DNA from: Eukaryota sp. TZLM1-RC
Lineage: Eukaryota; Protista; Metamonada: BaSk clade
DNA length: 64,000 nt
Assembly: GCA_040285825.1 (NCBI GenBank)
Contig: JAUPSS010000007.1
Coordinates: 3,140,141 to 3,204,140 of the forward strand
Reading direction: 5' to 3'
Shown here: positions 53,901-64,000 of the stretch, one piece after another
Layout of the letters: every line of letters starts with the position of its first letter
Position numbering within the stretch: the first letter of the stretch is position 1
Made by a program: the position numbers and the translations under genes
Notes under the pieces: model-generated
Told to the model about the DNA's origin: nothing
Database searches by the model: none
Seen by the model: the letters and a program-made list of their open reading frames with translations, nothing else

Positions 53901-55064
53901 GATCAATTACAGGACAAAATGGCCGAATTAAATGCCTGCAACAGCAAACTAAGCAACCTTTTCGCTGATTTTGATGCCTTGGTAGTGGAAGCTGAACCTC
54001 ATCGCGATGCCCTTTTGCGAATTTTTAAGAGAAAAATAAAGTCAAATGATGACAATGATGATGATTTTGATGATTTGTCCGATTTTGATGATGATTTTGA
54101 TTTTGATCTTACTGCTGGCGATCCTGATGATTGTCCCCCTAATTGTGATTCTGGTTTACATCAATCAGTATTGGATTTGCGCATTAAAAGAGTGACAATT
54201 CAGGAGGAACTTGATAAATTACAGGCTGTTGTTGATCAAACGAAGGTTTTTCTAAGTCAAATTCAATCAAAGGAGAAGTCTGTTTCTTCAGCTTTGGAAG
54301 TTCTTCAAGGAGAAATTGAAGATTTACAAAAAATTAAACAATCCAAAGTGAATCAAATACGTATTTCCTTAGTTTTAAACTCTTCCAGAATTTCTACGGC
54401 TCTTGATGCTTCTAATATTCCTGTTCAGCCTGAAAATACAGTTTTAGTTCCAGATGGACTCACTCAAATGTTGGAAAAAGAAATCGACAAACAAGTTGAA
54501 GAAAAACAACGACTGAAATACAAATGCAAAGTTTTATCCAAAGAGCGTAAAGAACTTTATAATCAATTAGGCAATTCACTCAATGATTTGGAAAGTTCAC
54601 AACAGAAACTTGAGGATATTCAAGTACTTCAGTTTGGCCAAATAGTAAACTTGGATGACTTGGAAAAGTTTACTTTGCAGGCGGGTGAAATTTCCGAAGT
54701 AGCTCAAAAGGTTTCAATCAGAGACCATCAGTTTAATAAGGAAGTTGTCAATCAGCGGAATGTTCTATCCAACTTGGAAAGCCAATATAAGTCACTTGTT
54801 AAGGAAAATACTGCCAGATTAAAAGAACTCAATGAATTACTGCTGAAGCGGAATTCAATGTTTGAAATAATGAATAGGAGAAATGCTAAGCTAGCTTCCC
54901 AGGCCCCCGTTTCTGCTGCCAAGGGTGGACTTGACGACTTAAATCAACAAAAAAGAATTCTTGAAAATAAGATTCAAGATGTTGACATGCAGATCAGTGC
55001 TTTATCCTCAGAGATTCATCTTTTGAGACGCAAAGATACTTTTGTTTATAATCCTGTTAGTTAA
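50933..55064 (+). CDS. CFAP44: Cilia- and flagella-associated protein 44 (WDR52) homologue, 5'-truncated by the satellite junction; possible pseudogene
   Basis: WD40-like N-terminal half followed by long coiled coils. CFAP44-like motifs KP..D..DP.D...I..AK..IG.F.LK......VP...RI, LRIFKRKIK-acidic tract-CPPNCD..L...VLDLR.KR, Q.L.FGQ.V.L..LE, and C-terminal EIHLLRRK. The track start at 51009 is TTG, and the frame is open back to the junction with no ATG. Confidence 0.85.
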
Positions 55065-55074
55065 TTTAATCATT

Positions 55075-55080
55075 AATAAA
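55075..55080 (+). promoter_or_regulatory. Putative polyadenylation signal AATAAA of the CFAP44 gene
   Basis: AATAAA lies 10 nt after the TAA stop and is followed by a T-rich tract. Confidence 0.45.
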
Positions 55081-55221
55081 TTCTGTACTTTTATTCATTT
55101 CTTTCTTGTTTAATACTTGGTAATTCAAACAGCGTGGTGATTCAAAAGAGTCATAATGTACACTAATGTTGATTACCACCCTTTTGTATTAAAAAAGTTC
55201 ACTTAAAGAAGAGTCAAAGTG

Positions 55222-58200
55222 ATCCTTTTGCAACTGTTGCGACAATTTATACATGGTTATCTTGCCTTTGAAAATATCGAAACGAATGACGCAATTTACA
55301 GGAGAAGTTTTCAAGTTTATAAATACAGCATGTGTTCTTGATCACATTTTTGGTGTAGAAAAACATTGTTGCGTGAACTTTTACATTGAAAGAGAAAATT
55401 ATTCTACTTTTGTTATTTGACAGAAACAATAAAATAAATTCCAAAAAAAAGTACAGTTTCAATTTCATTTTGAATGTATTCTAGAAACAGATAGCATTTG
55501 TTTGACTTGAATCAAAAGGTGATCGTTTGTATATGGCAACGGTAACGCTATTTTCTGCACGATTATCATTCTTTTGATTAGGTCAATTTCTTTTTCAAAA
55601 TTTATGAGCTTTATACATCATTAAAACCAATGCTCATGTCATTTATTTGATTTGAATTTCTTTGCTGATAATCTTTTTACAACATTTGCGACAATTTATA
55701 CATGACTATCTTGCCTTTGAAAAAATGGAAACGAATGGCGCATTTCACATGAGAAGTTTTCAAGTTTATAAAAACAGCATGTGTTCTTGATCACATTTTG
55801 GGTGTAGAAAAACATTGTTGCATGAACTTTTACATTGATTAAGAAGTTTTTCTTCATTTTTTTAAACATAAATAAAAAATAAATTTAGAGTTTCTTAAAT
55901 TCAACAAACACTTTTATTGCAAAATCAGTACACGAAATCAGATGCTCTATTGATCAAAAATACTGCACCAAAAAAGCTAAAACAATTTGGCATAGTTTTC
56001 ATTTGAAATCCCCATTTCTTATATGACAAAAGACTCCACACTTGACAATAAATCTTTGAATTGTAATATCCATATGAGTGTTTCAAACGCTGTTGAATGT
56101 TATTGTGTTCTCACACTTTCTGTGAAAACATGCTTATGCACAAGTGATACAAGGCAGGTTTGATACATGAAGAAATGATTTATGTATTCTGTTTAAATGG
56201 CAATCTTGAAAACAATAGTGTTGGCAGAAAAGATGATGTATGTACTGAAAAGAATACTGTCCAGGGAAACTTTATAAAGAAAAGGTCTTCATCAAGAAGA
56301 AAGTACAACGGTGAAGACATCAAGCCAATCCATGAACAATTGAGATCAAAAGAGTGATTGAGTCAAACGAAACACTTACAATAACCGATAGGTACAAGAT
56401 TTACGGAATAGAAATCCAAAATGCGCTAGGCAAGGCTGCTGCACTGATGGCAATTGTGATGCCTACCCTTCTGCCCCCAAGAATCATGGCACTAAGAGTA
56501 TAATGTGTTTGAAGTTACAGAAGCATCCCAAAGTCGGAGTACGGAAATGAGAAAAACCGCAGAAGGTTGCTCGGGTTGAAAGATCAGATTTTGGGTCTGG
56601 TTTCAAACTTCAGATTTTCCTTTTTTTTTAAAATTTAATTTTATTCTAAACCTATAAATCAACATCTAAAAAATCCATCTCTCCCAAAACAAAAACACTA
56701 GATGCAACTCTCTCATAGTGAGATCCAAGAGAAAGCAAAGCATCAGAAACCATCTTCAACATCCCCTTAAAAATAGAAAACACAATTCTATTTTGCCAAA
56801 ACAACCTGTTGAAATTTCTGCCAGTTCTTCTCTTTACAATCATTTCAAAAATCATCCAAAAACGTAAAGCAGTTGGTGCAAGTGAACCAAAAAGGGAAAA
56901 ATACAAATGGATACAAATTGTATTTTTGCATGCTGTAGACTGGCCAATTTGGACAAAGGTTCATTGTATTTTTTGAATTTAAAATTTTCAGCATTTGAAA
57001 GGGGATTATGAATTTCAGAATTAACAAGCCTTTCATTTGAGGCATTACAAGGATCAACAGACATTACATCCAATAAAATAAAGCTTCCATCTAATCCAGG
57101 TAATATGACATCACCTCTATTATTCTTATGAAAATCATTTTCAGCATCAAACAGATTTGACAACAGAGGTTCCAAGAAGGATTCAATTCTATGAGATTTA
57201 CACATACAATATAACTGGTCTCTTACAGCATCATGAACCTTGCTTCTAAAAGTAATAAAATGTTTACAATTTAACAAATGAGTAGTTGTAATTTCTCGAG
57301 AACATTTACAAATTAAATTATGAGGTAAATTATCAGGCCAGATAAAGGAACGAAATCTCATATTCAGAGTCCAAGCAGAATCGGATAAGAGAGTACCATA
57401 AACTTGTGGAATTGTTGTTACTAAGGCAGAAGAAGTACTGTCACACATATCTTGTAAAAGATTTGCAAAAGCGGGATTCTTTTTCTTGGCCAAGCCAAGT
57501 CTAACATCAAAATCCAACATCAGATTTTCCAATTTTGACATTGGAATTTTACCAACCCATAATGCATTAATTTTAGTTTTGCTTTCCTGTTTTCTGCATG
57601 TGTTCGTATATGGCAACGGTAACACTAATTTCTGTACGATTATCAGTCTTTTGATTAGGTCAGTATCTTTTTCAAAATTTATGAGCTTTATACATCATTA
57701 AAACCAATGTTCATGTCATTCATTTGTTTTGAATTCCTTTGTTGTTAATCTTTTTACAACATTTGCGACAATTTATACATGGTTATCTTGCCTTTGAAAT
57801 GGAAACGAATGGCGCACTTCACATGAGAAGTTTTCAAGTTTATAAATACAACATGTGTTCTTGATCACATTTTTGGTGTAAAAAAACATTGTTGCATGAA
57901 CTTTTACATTGATAAAGAAAAATTATTTTACTTTTGTTATTTGACAGAAAACAAAAAATAAATTCCAATTTTTTTTACAGTTTCAGTTTCATTTTGAATG
58001 TATTCTAGAAACAGATATCGTTTGTTTGATTTGAATCAAAAGGTGATCGTTTGTATATGGCAACGGTAACGCTATTTTCTGCACGATTATCATTCTTTTG
58101 ATTAGGTCAGTATCTTTTTCAAAACTTATGAGCTTTATACATCATTAAAACCAATGTTCATGTCATTCATTTGATTTGAATTCCTTTGTTGATAATCTTT

Positions 58201-59547
58201 TTACAACATTTGCGACAATTTATACATGGTTATCTTGCCTTTGAAAAAAATGGGAAACGAATGGCGCATTTTACAAGAGAAGTTTTCAAGTTTATAAATA
58301 CAACATGTGTTCTTGATCACATTTTTGGTGTAAAAAAACATTGTTGCGTGAGCTTTTACATTGATAAAGAAGTTTTTCTTTTTTTTATTAAACATAAATA
58401 AAAAATAAGTTTAAAATTTCATAAATTCAACAAACACTTTTCTTGCAAAATCAGTACACGAAACTAGATGCTCTATTGATCAAAAGTACTGCACCAAAAA
58501 AGCTAAAACAATTTGTCATAGTTTTCATTTGAAATCCCCATTTCTTATATGACAAAAAAACTCCACACTTGACAATAAATCTTTGAATTGTAATATCCAT
58601 ATGAGTGTTTCAAACGCTGTTGAATGTTATTGTGTTTTCACAATTTCTGTGAAAACATGCTTATGCACAAGTGATACAAGGCAGGTTTGATACATGAAGA
58701 AATGATTTATGTATTCTGTTTCAATGGCAATCTTGAAAACAATAGTGTTGGCAGAAAAGATGATGTATGTACTGAAAAGAATACTGTCCAGGAAAACTTT
58801 ATTACGATAGAGTCTTCATCAAGAAGAAAGTACAACGGTGAAGACATCAAGCCAATCCATGAACAATTGAGATCAAAAGAGTGATTGAGTCAAACGAAAC
58901 ACTTACAATAACCGATAGGTAAAAGATTTACGGAATAGAATTCCAAAATGCGCTAGGCAAGGCTGCTGCACTGATGGCAATTGTGATGTCTACCCTTCTG
59001 CCCCGAAGAATCATGGCACTAAGAGTATAATGTGTTTAAAGTTACAGACGCATCCCAAAGTCGGAGTACGGAAATGAAAAAAACCGCAGAAGGTTGCTCA
59101 GGTTGGAAGATCAGATTTTGGGTCTGGTTTCAAACTTCAGATTTTCCAATTTTGACATTGGAATTTTACCAACCCTTAATGCAATTAATTTTGGTTTTGC
59201 TTTCCTGTTTTCTGCATGTGTTTGTATATGGCAACGGTAACGCTAATTTCTGTACGATTATCATTCTTTTGATTAGATTAGTATTTCTTTCAAAATTTTG
59301 AGCTTTATGCATCATTGAAACCAATGTTCATGTCATTGATCTGATTTAAATTCTTTTGTTGATAATCTTTTTACAACATTTGCGACAATTTATACATGGT
59401 TATCTTGCCTTTGAAAAAATCGAAACGAATGGCGCAATTTACAGGAGAAGTTTTCAATTTATGAATAGCACCACTGGTTTTTGATCACATTTTTGGTGTA
59501 AAAAAACATTGTTGCGTGAACTTTTACATTGATAAAGAAAATTATTT
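55222..59547. repeat. Tandem duplication with a ~1.62-kb unit (~2.1 copies) containing internal ~445-bp subrepeats; origin unknown
   Basis: The motif CAAC..TTGCGACAATTTATACATG occurs at 55231, 55680, 57757, 58204 and 59374. ORF 56160-56357 matches 58687-58884. The offset is ~2526 bp with the 910-bp insertion and ~1617 bp without it. Confidence 0.85.
56621..57519 (-). mobile_element. 5'-truncated RLE non-LTR retrotransposon (second family) with poly(A) tail and 11-bp TSD
   Basis: Minus-strand ORF has CKC-x7-H-x3-C, RSKVHD, RGD and LLDVMSV, then frameshifted YPFVFSLFGSL, with the stop at 56652. AATAAA lies at 56640-56645 (minus strand) and T9 at 56621-56629. TCAGATTTTCC occurs at 56610-56620 and 57520-57530, and as a single copy at the empty site 59137-59147. 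Confidence 0.88.
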
Positions 59548-62500
59548 TAATAAAACAATTGCTGTTAGTGTAAGAGTATCGTATTTGATACGATTTACTG
59601 AGGCTCATATGAAGTTCCTAGTTTCGTATATTGACCAATGGTTGTTTATTACAATCATTGGTCAAATCTTTAAAGTCCATTTTGGGACAATTAATATAAC
59701 AATTGTGGTGTTAAAGTCCGTGCTATGGTCATTTGATTAGTCATTGGTATGATTGGTTGAATGATCATTGGTATGATTAGATGAGTTGCATGTATGTACT
59801 AGATGTGATCAACTTGTGATCAAACTTTGTGTGAAATTGTGTGTTAGTAATGTTGGCTATGTGTTACTTGATCAGTACAAACTCATGATTACATTTTCAA
59901 ATGATTTTGTATATATTTGAATTAATTGAGTGTATTAATTTTTAAACATTAAATTGTAAAAAAAGTAAAAAATCAAAAAGTATACAATTGAATGTTGTAA
60001 ACTAATAAAACAATTGCTGTAAGTGTAAGAGTATCGTATTTGATACGATTTACTGAGGCTCATATGAAGTTCCTAGTTTCGTATATTGACCAATGGTTGT
60101 TTATTACAATCATTGGTCAAATCTTTAAAGTCCATTTTGGGACAATTAATATAACAATTGTGGTGTTAAAGTCCGTGCTATGGTCATTTGATTAGTCATT
60201 GGTATGATTGGTTGAATGATCATTGGTATGATTAGATGAGTTGCATGTATGTACTAGATGTGATCAACTTGTGATCAAACTTTGTGTGAAATTGTGTGTT
60301 AGTAATGTTGGCTATGTGTTACTTGATCAGTACAAACTCATGATTACTTTTTCAAATGATTTTGTATATATATTTTTTTTGTATATATTTGAATTAATTG
60401 AGTGTATTAATTTTTAAACATTAAATTGTAAAAAAGTAAAAATCAAAAGTATACAATTGAATGTTGTAAACTAATAAAACAATTGCTGTAAGTGTAAGAG
60501 TATCGTATTTGATACGATTTACTGAGGCTCATATGAAGTTCCTAGTTTCGTATATTGACCAATGGTTGTTTATTACAATCATTGGTCAAATCTTTAAAGT
60601 CCATTTTGGGACAATTGATATAACAATTGTGGTGTTAAAGTCCGTGCTATGGTCATTTGATTAGTCATTGGTATGATTGGTTGAATGGTCATTGGTGTGA
60701 TTAGATGAGTTGCATGTATGTACTAGATGTGATCAACTTGTGATCAAACTTTGTGTGAAATTGTGTGTGAGTAATGTTGGCTATGTGTTACTTGATCAGT
60801 ACAAACTCATGACTACATTTTCAATTGATTTTGTATATATTTGAATTAATTGAGTGTATTAATTTTTAAACATTAAATTGTAAAAAAAGTAAAAAATCAA
60901 AAAGTATACAATTGAATGTTGTAAACTAATAAAACAATTGCTGTAAGTGTAAGAGTATCGTATTTGATACGATTTACTGAGGCTCATATGAAGTTCCTAG
61001 TTTCGTATATTGACCAATGGTTGTTTATTACAATCATTGGTCAAATCTTTAAAGTCCATTTTGGGACAATTAATATAACAATTGTGGTGTTAAAGTCCGT
61101 GCTATGGTCATTTGATTAGTCATTGGTATGATTGGTTGAATGATCATTGGTATGATTAGATGAGTTGCATGTATGTACTAGATGTGATCAACTTGTGATC
61201 AAACTTTGTGTGAAATTGTGTGTTAGTAATGTTGGCTATGTGTTACTTGATCAGTACAAACTCATGATTACATTTTCAAATGATTTTGTATATATTTGAA
61301 TTAATTGAGTGTATTAATTTTTAAACATTAAATTGTAAAAAAGTAAAAAATCAAAAAGTATACAATTGAATGTTGTAAACTAATAAAACAATTGCTGTAA
61401 GTGTAAGAGTATCGTATTTGATACGATTTACTGAGGCTCATATGAAGTTCCTAGTTTCGTATATTGACCAATGGTTGTTTATTACAATCATTGGTCAAAT
61501 CTTTAAAGTCCATTTTGGGACAATTAATATAACAATTGTGGTGTTAAAGTCCGTGCTATGGTCATTTGATTAGTCATTGGTATGATTGGTTGAATGATCA
61601 TTGGTATGATTAGATGAGTTGCATGTATGTACTAGATGTGATCAACTTGTGATCAAACTTTGTGTGAAATTGTGTGTTAGTAATGTTGGCTATGTGTTAC
61701 TTGATCAGTACAAACTCATGATTACATTTTCAAATGATTTTGTATATATTTGAATTAATTGAGTGTATTAATTTTTAAACATTAAATTGTAAAAAAAGTA
61801 AAAAATCAAAAAGTATACAATTGAATGTTGTAAACTAATAAAACAATTGCTGTAAGTGTAAGAGTATCGTTTTTGATACGATTTACTGAGGCTCATATGA
61901 AGTTCCTAGTTTCGTATATTGACCAATGGTTGTTTATTACAATCATTGGTCAAATCTTTAAAGTCCATTTTGGGACAATTAATATAACAATTGTGGTGTT
62001 AAAGTCCGTGCTATGGTCATTTGATTAGTCATTGGTATGATTAGATGAGTTGCATGTAGTCTTTATGTACTAGATGTGATCAACTTGTGATCAAACTTTG
62101 TGTGAAATTGTGTGTGAGTAATGTTGGCTATGTGTTACTTGATCAGTACAAACTCATGACTACATTTTCAATTGATTTTGTATATATTTGAATTAATTGA
62201 GTGTATTAATTTTTAAACATTAAATTGTAAAAAAAGCAAAAAATCAAAAAGTATACAATTGAATGTTGTAAACTAATAAAACAATTGCTGTAAGTGTAAG
62301 AGTATCGTATTTGATACGATTTACTGAGGCTCATATGAAGTTCCTAGTTTCGTATATTGACCAATGGTTGTTTATTACAATCATTGGTCAAATCTTTAAA
62401 GTCCATTTTGGGACAATTAATATAACAATTGTGGTGTTAAAGTCCGTGCTATGGTCATTTGATTAGTCATTGGTATGATTGGTTGAATGATCATTGGTAT

Positions 62501-64000
62501 GATTAGATGAGTTGCATGTATGTACTAGATGTGATCAACTTGTGATCAAACTTTGTGTGAAATTGTGTGTTAGTAATGTTGGCTATGTGTTACTTGATCA
62601 GTACAAACTCATGATTACATTTTCAAATGATTTTGTATATATTTGAATTAATTGAGTGTATTAATTTTTAAACATTAAATTGTAAAAAAGTAAAAATCAA
62701 AAGTATACAATTGAATGTTGTAAACTAATAAAACAATTGCTGTAAGTGTAAGAGTATCGTATTTGATACGATTTACTGAGGCTCATATGAAGTTCCTAGT
62801 TTCGTATATTGACCAATGGTTGTTTATTACAATCATTGGTCAAATCTTTAAAGTCCATTTTGGGACAATTAATATAACAATTGTGGTGTTAAAGTCCGTG
62901 CTATGGTCATTTGATTAGTCATTGGTATGATTAGATGAGTTGCATGTAGTCTTTATGTACTAGATGTGATCAACTTGTGATCAAACTTTGTGTGAAATTG
63001 TGTGTTAGTAATGTTGGCTATGTGTTACTTGATCAGTACAAACTCATGATTACATTTTCAAATGATTTTGTATATATTTGAATTAATTGAGTGTATTAAT
63101 TTTTAAACATTAAATTGTAAAAAAGTAAAAATCAAAAGTATACAATTGAATGTTGTAAACTAATAAAACAATTGCTGTAAGTGTAAGAGTATCGTTTTGA
63201 TACGATTTACTGAGGCTCATATGAAGTTCCTAGTTTCGTATATTGACCAATGGTTGTTTATTACAATCATTGGTCAAATCTTTAAAGTCCATTTTGGGAC
63301 AATTAATATAACAATTGTGGTGTTAAAGTCCGTGCTATGGTCATTTGATTAGTCATTGGTATGATTAGATGAGTTGCATGTAGTCTTTATGTACTAGATG
63401 TGATCAACTTGTGATCAAACTTTGTGTGAAATTGTGTGTTAGTAATGTTGGCTATGTGTTACTTGATCAGTACAAACTCATGATTACATTTTCAAATGAT
63501 TTTGTATATATTTGAATTAATTGAGTGTATTAATTTTTAAACATTAAATTGTAAAAAAAGTAAAAAATCAAAAAGTATACAATTGAATGTTGTAAACTAA
63601 TAAAACAATTGCTGTAAGTGTAAGAGTATCGTTTTTGATACGATTTACTGAGGCTCATATGAAGTTCCTAGTTTCGTATATTGACCAATGGTTGTTTATT
63701 ACAATCATTGGTCAAATCTTTAAAGTCCATTTTGGGACAATTAATATAACAATTGTGGTGTTAAAGTCCGTGCTATGGTCATTTGATTAGTCATTGGTAT
63801 GATTAGATGAGTTGCATGTAGTCTTTATGTACTAGATGTGATCAACTTGTGATCAAACTTTGTGTGAAATTGTGTTAGTAATGTTGGCTATGTGTTACTT
63901 GATCAGTACAAACTCATGATTACATTTTCAAATGATTTTGTATATATTTGAATTAATTGAGTGTATTAATTTTAAGCATTAATTGTAGTATCAAAAGTAT
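59548..64000 (+). repeat. Tandem satellite block 4, ~10 units with block-specific variants
   Basis: Starts TAATAAAACAATTGCTG. Variants include ATCGTATTTG, GAATGATCATT, a 7-bp deletion (GCATGTATGTAC) and a 21-bp deletion in several late units. Confidence 0.96.

Noticed and set aside
55247-59301. Short ORFs in the 1.62-kb duplication (e.g. 56160-56357, 58687-58884, 59032-59301)
   Set aside because: Short, several with non-ATG starts and no recognisable domains; their similarity is explained by the DNA duplication.
63950-64000. Degenerate final satellite unit
   Set aside because: Collapsed homopolymers at the extreme end suggest low-coverage sequence rather than biology.

Overview
Eukaryotic, AT-rich DNA from a flagellated organism (it carries a CFAP44 homologue); it looks like long-read sequence with homopolymer errors. 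About three quarters of the window is one tandem satellite with a ~460-470 bp unit, in four blocks (1-9862, 13793-15623, 18540-50932, 59548-64000; about 105 units). Each unit begins with the last ~65-70 nt of the 28S rRNA and continues into what appears to be the 3' ETS/spacer. Three non-satellite islands interrupt it. (i) 9863-13460 is a single-ORF, restriction-like-endonuclease (RLE) non-LTR retrotransposon with CRE-like RT motifs and an unusual N-terminal RNase H. Its 3' end joins 28S rDNA exactly at TTTACCCT^ACTGAATAA, ~710 nt downstream of the R2 site, and the empty site is visible at 18206/18207. (ii) 15624-~18608 is a 5'-truncated 28S rRNA copy; no 18S, 5.8S or ITS occurs in the window. 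(iii) 50933-59547 holds a 5'-truncated CFAP44 gene, then a ~1.62-kb tandem duplication. One copy of that duplication carries a second, 5'-truncated RLE retroelement with a poly(A) tail and an 11-bp TSD. The best candidate for a new system is the RNase H-bearing, 28S-targeting CRE-like retrotransposon together with the 28S-3'-end satellite, which breaks twice at a motif resembling the element's target site.
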